64,000 nt of DNA from Naegleria gruberi. Its lineage: Eukaryota. This document shows, in pieces, positions 12,113-21,354 of the stretch. Within the stretch, counting starts at the first letter, position 1, and each line of letters starts with the position of its first letter. The translations under genes were made by a program, and so were the position numbers. The stretch is taken from NCBI GenBank assembly GCA_000004985.1, contig GG738860.1, one strand, 5' to 3'. The notes under the pieces are model-generated. The model had not been told where the DNA came from. It ran no database searches and was given only the letters and a program-made list of their open reading frames with translations.

Positions 12113-13696
12113 TTACCATTCATCATCTGAATCAGTATCAGAATCCTCTTCGTCATGGATACCAGTGTTAGAGAACTTTTTCATGAGATATGACTTGAAA
12201 CCTTCCTTTTCATTTTCTGTAAAATCAGTTACAGGTGGAGGTGTTGGATTCTTCAAATTGTCCTTAGAGAAAGTCTTGATTTCAGAAAGGAAGTCAGCAG
12301 GCTTTGATGGAAGAGGTGGCTTTGAGACTGGAGGGGAGGTTGGAGTGGCCTTTGGTTTGACCTCAACCTTAATTGGACCTCCTCCCATTGGTGGTGGTGG
12401 TGGAATAGCTCCAACAGGAGGTGGTGGTGGAATAGATCCTCCCATTGGGGGTGGTGGTGGTACAGCAAAACTTCCTCCTCCCATAGGTGGTGGTGGTGGT
12501 GGAATAGATCCCATTGAAACTGGTGGTGGAGGTGGAATACTACCTGCTCCTCCATCATAGTCATCTGAAACATATGAAGTCATTGGTGGAGGTGGTGGAA
12601 CTGATCCTCCCATTGGTGGAGGTGGAGGAACAGATCCCATAGATACAGGCATAGGTGGAGGTGGAGGAACACCACTGGATGGTGAAGAAACTCCAAAAGG
12701 TGGTGGAGGAGGTGGAACTCTTCCTGAAGATGCATCACTAGAGACTGTTCTAATCTCATCAACAATTTGATTGTCATCTTCATGTGCCTTTTGTCTTTGT
12801 TTGGCAACTTTCTTTTCATACTTGTGCATGAGTTTTTGGAGACGTTCTTGAGTCTTTGGATCATTAGCTTCAACACCCATACCTCCCAAAACGTCCAAGT
12901 ATTCAGTTGGAAGACCGCTAGCTTCAAATTGGCCAGTTTCATGATTGATACCAACGTGAGCAGTGTTTTGGAAATTCTTTACAGAGCCCATTCTAAAGTT
13001 TGATCTTGAAGGTCTATTGTCAACTGGTTCTTCGACTGGTTTGACTTCTTCCTTCTTCAAGAACTTATCCTTGACACCTCTAAAGAAACCAAAGACACCA
13101 CCTGCTGCCTTTTCTTCCTTCTTTGGTACAGGACTACTTGGAGAAGATGTTTGAGGGAGTGGATTCTTTGGCTTGTCATTGGATGGCTTACTGATTGATT
13201 CAGGAAGTGGTGGTGGATTACTTGTTGCATTTGATGATACACTAGTTGGTGGAGAAGCAGAGACAACATTAGAGAGACGGTTGTTAACAAAGCTGCTAAA
13301 CTTTGAAGCAGCAGTCTTACTATTCAAGGCAACATTGATACCAACAATTCTATCATCGCTTTCAAAGGAAATAAAATTGTCATTCAATTGTTCAAATTGG
13401 AATTGTTCATAACATTCATGAGACCAAGTAACTTGATTGGTTTCAACATTGATTAGTTTCAAACAAAAGACATTGTTCATCAAATCCTTTCCGAAATAAA
13501 GGGCTCCCCAAATACCAGTATAAGACCATTCTTCTTCACCTTGCATACTTTCATAGATTGAAACAACAGCGCTTTGTTCAACACTCTTTTAAAAATATTA
13601 AGCGAATGATAATTTTATAAATCAACCTACCAAACCCTTAGTGGCAGTGAGAACAACACTAACGTCCAAAGGATCATATAATTCCTTATTGCTCAT
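12113..13696 (-). CDS. WASP (Wiskott-Aldrich syndrome protein / Las17 homolog) with complete WH1-basic-CRIB-polyPro-WH2-central-acidic architecture. 2 exons: 13631-13696 and 12113-13585
   Basis: The WH1/EVH1 N-terminus (…LTATKG|[31 protein letters not shown]…) spans the intron. The CRIB motif is [17 protein letters not shown]. Seven reiterated (G/S)xPPPPP(M/V) proline motifs follow. The WH2-like segment is [11 protein letters not shown]...KDNLK and the acidic C-terminus is ...[15 protein letters not shown]. Confidence 0.85.
12270..12730 (-). repeat. Coding tandem repeat: seven or more poly-proline modules (G/S-x-PPPPP-M/V) inside the WASP gene
   Basis: Reiterated CCN codon blocks. They produce the spurious poly-Gly ORFs seen on the opposite strand (12165-12560 +). 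Confidence 0.8.
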
Positions 13697-14085
13697 TTTT
13701 CTATTTTTTTTAAAATTTGATATTTTTAATAACCTTGATCATCTTGGAACATGCTGATGATGACTATTAAGATATTAAACTTCGTAAGGGCATGGAACCT
13801 TGTTCACTTTTCAATCACGTCTCTTTCAATGCCAGGCAAAACTATTGTTGCACAAATAAATCTTAATATCTTTCACAACTTCCACTAGCATTTATTTTGC
13901 TGCCTGACAGACAACCTATCAACACTTTAATGATTGCCCTGACATTCATATAGCCTTAAAAAAATGAGCAACAGCCAACGAAAAAGTAAGCAATCAACAG
14001 CAGCAGCAGCTCCTCATCAGAAGCTTCTTCATCACAACAGCAACGGGATGAAAGTCTACTATTGTTAGCCTACGAGGGTGAGAAT

Positions 14086-15549
14086 ATGAAACGATATCCA
14101 ACAAGAAGAGCATCACAATTAGCAAATGAAGCCTTGGAAATTGATAAGACAGATGATGAAGGTTTGTTTTTTCATCAATTAGGAAATTAAATTGAAACTC
14201 TAATAGATTATATTGACGAGGAAGCAGCTTCATCTAGTGATTCCTTTGATGATGAGGAAACTCTTGAAGCTGACTATGAAAGTGATTCAGATTCACAGAA
14301 AGAAAAACCATCATCTAAACGTAAGTCACTCTGTCAAAATATCAATCAATATTAATTTCATTCGTTTACCTTATTAACAACAGGTTCTCAAATATCAAAA
14401 CCTGCTAGACATGTATTAATGTCATGGTTGGAGGAACACTTTGAGCATCCCTATCCTGATGATAACCAAAAAGAAGAATTGATGAAAAAGACCGGTCTCA
14501 CCATTAATCAAATTAATATTTGGTTTGTAAATTCAAGAATGAGAGTGTGGAAGCCTAGGCATCACGATTCACAAATTACCAAGACTGAACCAAATTCACC
14601 AAATGGAAATTCTGATGGTTCAGGAAGTAAGCCAAGACAAGAGAAGAAAATAGACATGTTGAATGATGAATTGAAATCATCACTTGCAGCTCGAATTAAT
14701 CCAAACAATGCCAATGTTACCAGGACAAATATTGTGGGAAGTTTGCCTAATGGTCTACCAACTCCATCCACAGTCATCTGTAGAGGAAACTTACCTAAAG
14801 AAGCTGTTGATTCATTGCTCAAGTGGTTATTCGATAACTTTAGTCATCCATATCCTTCAGATGCAGAGAAAGATGTATTGGCTGAAGAAACAAATCTTAC
14901 CTTAACACAAGTCAACAATTGGTTCATCAATGCAAGAAGGAGAATATGGAAACCAATTCTCCAAAAAATCAAATCAAAGGGAATGGATAAAGATGAACTC
15001 CTTTCTCAAGGAAAACTATCAGAAGTTGCCAAATCATTCTATAAGGACCAGAAAATTGGGGAAGAGGAACCAACAAAGAGGAAATCTAAAAGCTCCAAAG
15101 GAGGTTACAGCTCAGATCATGAAGAATCCACACCTAAAAAGCAAAAGAGGGACAACTCTCTCCTCATACCTCAAGACCTGATGACCCATACAGAGCCAAC
15201 CATTACAAGAGAATCAACGATCAAAACTAGACCAAAAATTGAAAATAACAAATTAACTCATAGAGAGCTATTCATTGATCAATACAGACTCTCAATGGAG
15301 AATCAAAAGCTTGAGGAAGATATTCATCAAGTCTATGACAGGTATGCCTCAGTTTTGGAAAATATCAGTGAAAAGAATGTGAAACTTCTCTCCCACATTA
15401 CCCTCCTCGAACAAAAGCAACAACAAATAAGATTGAATAATGAACTCTTGAAGAAAGAGGTTGATTTATTGAGAAGTAGTAAGGTGGTGAATTCTAATCC
15501 TTTCAACGTGGGTTCATTCCTCGTGGAAGAATTAGGATCTTCAATGTAA
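14086..15549 (+). CDS. TALE-class homeobox protein with two homeodomains and a C-terminal coiled coil, 3 exons (14086-14161, 14207-14320, 14384-15549)
   Basis: HD1 is ARHVLMSWLEEHFEHPYPDDNQKEELMKKTGLTINQINIWFVNSRMRVWKP. HD2 is LPKEAVDSLLKWLFDNFSHPYPSDAEKDVLAEETNLTLTQVNNWFINARRRIWKP. Both carry the TALE three-residue-insertion HPYP signature and the WFxNxR recognition helix. Splice phases were checked by hand. Confidence 0.8.
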
Positions 15550-15554
15550 ATTAT

Positions 15555-16268
15555 TTACAAATTTCTGCATGCAGTGACAACATCAGGATGATGCTCAAGG
15601 TAGTACTTTGAAGCAAAATCAATAAACTCACTTGTTGAACCAATTTCTTGATAGTTGTCACCATTTTCTAGAATGATATATGGTGACAAGAATTGTTGTG
15701 ACCATTTACTCCACACAGATTTAAATGGTTTGACAATCCACGAGCTATCAGTATCAATTTTACTCTTCAAATCTAAGACAGCATTGTAGAATTGTTCATG
15801 GTTTGGGTGTGATTGATAATTATTGGTTACTTTTGGTGAATAGTTTGGTAACTTTTCAGCAATACACTTGGCAATATTAAAGCTCTTGAAGCTATCTTGG
15901 TTTTCTGTATTTACATCTGCAATAATGTGAAAGATAGATTTACTGTTTGCCAATCTATCAGTCAGATATTTATCTTTTCCGAGATGACTATAAAATTCCT
16001 TTCTCTTGTAGAGGATAGATGGATTACTAAGTGATCGTTTGATGATGAGTTGATAAAAGATTATTTGAATAACAACGATCGCCAGAATAATCGATAGTTT
16101 AAATGTTCTGGATGAATTCCACAAATTATCCAATAAGCGGCTGAGAGGAGGAAGTGGTTTTTCCTTGTTGCTATTTGATAATGTTGCTGATTTTGAATAT
16201 GACGATTCCGAGAGGGGAATATCAGCAGAGTGAAGATGTGATCGTGAGTGTGTTTGTGGCAGAGTCAT
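15555..16268 (-). CDS. Hypothetical single-pass (type II-like) membrane protein, 237 aa
   Basis: One TM helix (LSIILAIVVIQIIFYQLII) after a short cytosolic N-terminus. Its stop codon lies 5 bp from the stop of the homeobox gene on the other strand. Confidence 0.4.
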   Translation of the reverse strand: MTLPQTHSRSHLHSADIPLSESSYSKSATLSNSNKEKPLPPLSRLLDNLWNSSRTFKLSIILAIVVIQIIFYQLIIKRSLSNPSILYKRKEFYSHLGKDKYLTDRLANSKSIFHIIADVNTENQDSFKSFNIAKCIAEKLPNYSPKVTNNYQSHPNHEQFYNAVLDLKSKIDTDSSWIVKPFKSVWSKWSQQFLSPYIILENGDNYQEIGSTSEFIDFASKYYLEHHPDVVTACRNL

Positions 16269-16428
16269 TTTATTTATTTGTTTTATTTGTCTTTCTTATT
16301 AGGAGGTCACAACTTCAGTTTACAACATCTTTTTGGAAGCCAACTTGGAGTGATGCTGCAGTTTTTCAATCAACGTTTTCAATCCAGTTCCCATTTGCTG
16401 TTCGTATTGTTGCAAAATTAAGTTGTTG

Positions 16429-18015
16429 TTAACAAATATTTAATATAAATATGTGGTTAATATAAAAGAGGTAAAAGTTATTGAAAGTATGCTTAAAAAA
16501 ACTTACAACTTGATTTTGCAAACTGGAGAGGGCTGCAGGATCACAGTAAATAGCATCATGCTTAATGAGAGAATCTATTGAGACTATGGTTGGTTCATCT
16601 ATCTTTCCAGTTGTTGAAATATTTTCGATATTTCCTACACTGGTTGGGAAAATATCCTTAATGATCTTTTTGAATGAAGGATAAATGATTGTTTCAATGT
16701 AAATTTCTGTTGGTTGCCTAACACAAACACCGGTACACATTTCAAAAAGCAAATATCCAAAAGATTCCAAAATAGTTCTTGCATTATTGTTAAATGAATT
16801 TCTAGCAAAGAGTAAAAATTGATCTTCCAATGAAGTTAGTTTGCAGTGGTAGTGAACTCCATTTTCATTGTTTGATTTTTCAATTAGAATATTCTTGGAT
16901 GAGATGTGAGTGTATTCAAATCCAATTTGTGAAAGAGACTTTAAAGCACAAAGTATTTGTCCACTAAATTGACTAATAATGTCAGGATCCATAGTATTTT
17001 CTCTCCTTAATGTTTCAATAAGTTGAGATAGGGTTCCAACTGTATTATGCGAAAGATTGAAAAGAGAGTAGCACCTTCCTTGTCCCAATGAAAAATCGAT
17101 ATGAGAAACTGGCATAATGTATGGAGATAAATTTCCAATATTTGACATCAATTGAATAAAAGACCTTCTCATTGTGGCGTCATTAATCATTACTACTGAT
17201 TGACTGGAACAATTTGTATAAACCATCAGTCCAAAGTTGACTCCCACTGCTGTATTTGATTGTGATGAATTTGATTGTGGTAATGTCACAAAATTAGTAG
17301 AACTGTTAGCACTGTTTGAGCTTGAATTATCATCAAAATGTATATTCTTTGATCCTCTATTCTTAATAGTTTGACAATAAGCTAAGGTTTTGTAAGATGA
17401 AGCATTTAAGGTAAGCAATAATTGAAAGTAACTTGTAACAAAATCTTTCAGAGATTCCTTCTTCTCAATGAGTTCATAATCTGTTGGACGTAAGACGGTT
17501 CTAACTTGATACATTAAATCAATATGACCCAGCACTTTCTTTTGATATAAGCTCACATAATCGGTAATTTGTCTATTCAAATTATTATTCTTATACTTTT
17601 GAATGAGATTTGAAAAACCTTCCTTCAAAATATTTCCACTCGAATCATCTGTTGAAGATTTGTGATGATAATAAGAATTGGACAAGGGAATTGTCTCCTC
17701 ATCATCTGCTTCATTATTAATATTTGATGATTTCACTTTTCTAGTTGAAGAAATTCCAAAAACTTGTAAAACCGATTCCGAATTAATACCCGATTCATAA
17801 TATGAAGCCTCTCTTCTTCTCCTAGTTATTATTCTATAAAGAACCAATCCAACACAGGCAAAAAACACCAACACGACCACAATCATCGAGATGATAAATT
17901 CGGGCTTTAAAATAAATAAAACTTCATCTGTTTCCGCATTAGAAGTTGCCATCGTTGAAGTGGAGTCCACCATTAAGTTATTACTGTTCATTACTTTTAG
18001 AATTTGATCTAACAT
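16429..18015 (-). CDS. Hypothetical membrane protein with a degenerate protein-kinase-like C-terminal region (possible pseudokinase)
   Basis: The N-terminal TM segment is MIVVVLVFFACVGLVLYRIITRRRRE. The C-terminal part is ...YTHISSKNILIEK...HYHCKLTSLEDQFLLF...ESFGYLLFEMCTGV, which resembles a kinase catalytic-loop and C-lobe but lacks HRD/DFG. Confidence 0.35.
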   Translation of the reverse strand: MLDQILKVMNSNNLMVDSTSTMATSNAETDEVLFILKPEFIISMIVVVLVFFACVGLVLYRIITRRRREASYYESGINSESVLQVFGISSTRKVKSSNINNEADDEETIPLSNSYYHHKSSTDDSSGNILKEGFSNLIQKYKNNNLNRQITDYVSLYQKKVLGHIDLMYQVRTVLRPTDYELIEKKESLKDFVTSYFQLLLTLNASSYKTLAYCQTIKNRGSKNIHFDDNSSSNSANSSTNFVTLPQSNSSQSNTAVGVNFGLMVYTNCSSQSVVMINDATMRRSFIQLMSNIGNLSPYIMPVSHIDFSLGQGRCYSLFNLSHNTVGTLSQLIETLRRENTMDPDIISQFSGQILCALKSLSQIGFEYTHISSKNILIEKSNNENGVHYHCKLTSLEDQFLLFARNSFNNNARTILESFGYLLFEMCTGVCVRQPTEIYIETIIYPSFKKIIKDIFPTSVGNIENISTTGKIDEPTIVSIDSLIKHDAIYCDPAALSSLQNQVVSFFKHTFNNFYLFYINHIFILNIC

Positions 18016-18270
18016 GATGATGAATTAAATGTGTAGATTTTTTTGTTGAGTTTTTTCGTAAGGTTTGATGGGGAATGTGGCTGAAAGAACCTTGGGAGTG
18101 AATTTTGGAAAGTACTCTTGGAATGGAAAGAATAATTTTCCAATAAAATTTAATATCTCGGAGTGTATTGTAATATGCAATAATCAGATGAAAAGAAGTG
18201 GCGGAAGCAGGTTGGATCTCTCTTTCAAATAATAGTAAGTGGTAGTAGAATAATTAAATTTGTTTTCATT

Positions 18271-19794
18271 TTGGCGGTAAAAGAAGATTGGCGCCAATAT
18301 TACGTACAAATAATATTCAAAAAAATGTCTCAAATAGAATTGAACATGTCTGCAACACCTTCATTCTCGGGCAACTCTCAGGTGCCACAATCCGAGTTTG
18401 ATCTGGTCAACATGACGGATGAACAACAGAGAGAGTTGGCTGTAGAATTGATTAGAAACACGCCAGAATATAAGGCAGCTTGGGAGCTGGAATTATGGAA
18501 AAAACGAGAAAAAACTGTCTACAAAAAACAACTTGAAGAGAAGGAAAAACAACACTTGAAGAATGTGGAAGCAAAATTAAGAGAGGAATTTAGTAAATAT
18601 GAAAAACAAATCTTGGAACAAAAAGAAATTCTTAAAAGTAAGGAACAACAATACAATCAAGTGTTGGAAGAGATGAATGCAAGAGAGAAACAATTGGTAG
18701 GAGTTGAACTAGAGCTGAGGAGAAGAAAAACAGAGCTAGAAACTGATTATCAAAGAAAAATCGAGCATATGGAACATGTGATTAAAATGGAGAAGGAATC
18801 TTTTCAACAGCGACTGCAATTGGAAACCATTAAAAATCAAGAGCTTCAGAAGAGAATAGACCAACAATTATCTCACGATGTGATGGAACTCAATGAGAGA
18901 ATAACAAAGCTTCAAGTAGAAAATGAATCCCTTGAATCAAAACTTCATCAAGCCACTAATTCCAAACAAAATTACAAAATCCAATGGAAAAAAGTATCTG
19001 AAGAACTGATTAGAACAAAGAAGAAACAAGAATCAGAATTGAGAAAATTACAGCAAAAGATAATTGCTCTCCAAACTTTACAGACCTCTCCATTGACTCC
19101 TTCACAACCACCTCCAATGAATCCATTCTATCCTCACCCAAATATGCCTCAAAATTACCAGTATCCAAATCAAATGAATCCTCACTCTCCATTCTATCCA
19201 TATCCTCCAATGCAATCCCCATTCGATCCGAATAATATGCAACAAAATCCTCAGAATTTCATTCCTCCAAATCAGCAGCAACAAAAGCAAGATGCCGATG
19301 AAATTGGTTCTCTCAAAAAGATGCTTGCCGATCTGATTAAGAAAGAAACAGAAGACAAGAAGGAAGATAGCAAACTCAATACTTCGACATCGAGTTCAGG
19401 ATCTACCTCTTCAACATCCTCAGGAGAGAGCAATCGTAAGGGTAGTAAGAGAACTTCTCCATCGTCTTCCCCTCCCACTGTAAAAACAGCAAACTCCACC
19501 ACAAAGAAAACCTCACCTCCTCGTCAACAACAAACTAAACAGGAAGTTTTTGCCTATCCATCGCCTCATCTCGATAACAGTAGATACGAAGAAGAACCAT
19601 CCTTAAACGAAACCCAAAACGATATTTCTGTTGAGGCTCACAATTTTGCAAATCATGACCAGAACGAGAATGATGAAAGAAGCAGAGAGTTTAAACGATT
19701 ACTCCGAGAGAAATCCAGACTTTTGAAATCTGGAATTTACGATTCAAAGAGTGATATTATTCTAGAAATTGAAAAGAAACTTCAATCTTTGTAA
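18271..19794 (+). CDS. Coiled-coil protein with a Pro/Tyr/Gln-rich and Ser-rich C-terminal half. The likely start is the ATG at 18325 (MSQIELNM...)
   Basis: Heptad-rich E/K/Q/L sequence over residues ~50-260, followed by PFYPHPNMPQNYQYPNQMNPH low complexity. No catalytic domain. Confidence 0.45.
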   Translation: MAVKEDWRQYYVQIIFKKMSQIELNMSATPSFSGNSQVPQSEFDLVNMTDEQQRELAVELIRNTPEYKAAWELELWKKREKTVYKKQLEEKEKQHLKNVEAKLREEFSKYEKQILEQKEILKSKEQQYNQVLEEMNAREKQLVGVELELRRRKTELETDYQRKIEHMEHVIKMEKESFQQRLQLETIKNQELQKRIDQQLSHDVMELNERITKLQVENESLESKLHQATNSKQNYKIQWKKVSEELIRTKKKQESELRKLQQKIIALQTLQTSPLTPSQPPPMNPFYPHPNMPQNYQYPNQMNPHSPFYPYPPMQSPFDPNNMQQNPQNFIPPNQQQQKQDADEIGSLKKMLADLIKKETEDKKEDSKLNTSTSSSGSTSSTSSGESNRKGSKRTSPSSSPPTVKTANSTTKKTSPPRQQQTKQEVFAYPSPHLDNSRYEEEPSLNETQNDISVEAHNFANHDQNENDERSREFKRLLREKSRLLKSGIYDSKSDIILEIEKKLQSL

Positions 19795-19983
19795 ATACTT
19801 ACGAATAATATTCTATCTATTAAGCGAAATAAACTCCAGGAAGTACTTGAAGAGATCATCTGCTTTACACTGTAAAGAAACTATTCATTTCTATTGGATG
19901 CGTGTTTCTCTTAATTCCATCGCTCATTGGAATAACAAGCTTCTTTAAATAAAAAGAAACCGCCAAAATTCACAAGTAAAAAA

Positions 19984-21318
19984 ATGACCCAAAACTCATC
20001 AACACCAACATCACCAATTCTCGGTTCGTCATCGTTTGATGACAACAAATCGGAGGCAAGTTCCACACCTTATGAACCATCCCCAGAGTTATTTAAAAAG
20101 CCAACAAAAACAATCATACAAACATCTGATGATGATTATGACTTTGAAGAAGAGAACGATAATAATAAGAAAGAAGAATCTTCTGATGACGATTCAGCTA
20201 ACAAATACGAAGAAGAAAGAAAAAAGAAAATAGAAAGAAACAAAATGTTACTTGCTAATTTAGGCCTTGGTAATGGTTTATTACCAAAGAATAATAACTC
20301 TACCACAACAAAGAAATCAAGAAGGTCAACCGGAAGTGAAAGTGGTGAACCAACAGAAGTCAGAAGATCTTCCAGACTTTCGTCTAAACCAAAACCAGTC
20401 TACAACTATAGAGAACTTGAAAAGGTAGAAAAAGAATCTAGAAGAGTCATTGCACAAGAGAAAAAGCTAAAGAAGGAAGAACAAAGATTAAAATACTTTT
20501 CAAAGAGAACACTGAGGAAACATCGTGGTGAAGAGGAAGAAAGTGCTGAAGAAACTGATGAAGACACTTACGTTTCCGAATATAATGAAAATAATAAGAG
20601 AAGAAGCTCAAGAAATAAGAAGAAGATTGATTATGCAGGTTTGGAACATGGAGACTCAGAAAGTGAAGGTGAATTTGAAGAATTTGACCAGGTGACAGTA
20701 GTAGTGGAAGAATCTCCAAAAAAGAAAAAGAAAGTCACCAAAAAGAGTACGATTGCTTCTCCAGTATGCTCTTTTTCAAATTTTACAATATCAGATGAAC
20801 ATGCTGTTAGCTACACTGAAATTGGTGGAACAGTTGCTGAGACACCAAGCGATGAGAATATCACTCATGTCGTTACAAAGGTCTACAAGAGAACTCTCAA
20901 ACTCATGTGTGGAATAATTAGAGGAGCTTACATAGTGTCGGAAGATTGGCTCCTGGATTCTTTAGAAAATGGATATTTTGTTGATGAGAAACCATATCTC
21001 ATTAAGGCTGATGGTGTGAGTCTATTACAAGCAAGAAAACGTGCCTTAGCCCAACCAATATTTGCAGATCTCAAATTCTTTATTTGTGATGATGTACAAG
21101 CTCGTGATATTGTAACACAAATCATTGAAACAGGTTCAGGGTCGATTATCACTGCCATTGATGAAATGTTGGAAGAGGACTATGATTTTGAGAATTGCTA
21201 TATTATATACGAAGAGGAAGAGACAAAAGACAAGTATCCAACACTACCAAACGAAGTTTTCAGGACAAAGGAATTTATCTTCACAGCTGCTGTGTCCCAA
21301 AAAATAGAAGATGTGTAG
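19984..21318 (+). CDS. BRCT domain-containing protein with an acidic/Lys-rich disordered N-terminal half
   Basis: The C-terminal region ...MCGIIRGAYIVSEDWLLDSLENGYFVDEKPYLI...FADLKFFICDDVQARDIVTQIIETGSGSII... fits the BRCT fold consensus (conserved W and the C/hydrophobic core). Confidence 0.55.
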   Translation: MTQNSSTPTSPILGSSSFDDNKSEASSTPYEPSPELFKKPTKTIIQTSDDDYDFEEENDNNKKEESSDDDSANKYEEERKKKIERNKMLLANLGLGNGLLPKNNNSTTTKKSRRSTGSESGEPTEVRRSSRLSSKPKPVYNYRELEKVEKESRRVIAQEKKLKKEEQRLKYFSKRTLRKHRGEEEESAEETDEDTYVSEYNENNKRRSSRNKKKIDYAGLEHGDSESEGEFEEFDQVTVVVEESPKKKKKVTKKSTIASPVCSFSNFTISDEHAVSYTEIGGTVAETPSDENITHVVTKVYKRTLKLMCGIIRGAYIVSEDWLLDSLENGYFVDEKPYLIKADGVSLLQARKRALAQPIFADLKFFICDDVQARDIVTQIIETGSGSIITAIDEMLEEDYDFENCYIIYEEEETKDKYPTLPNEVFRTKEFIFTAAVSQKIEDV

Positions 21319-21354
21319 ACAAGAGATGACATTTGACGACATCAAAATTAAAAA

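Noticed and set aside
12165-12560. Plus-strand ORF encoding poly-Gly (GGGGG...) overlapping WASP
   Set aside because: It is the reverse-complement shadow of the CCN-rich polyproline codons of the WASP gene. Low complexity, with no independent support.
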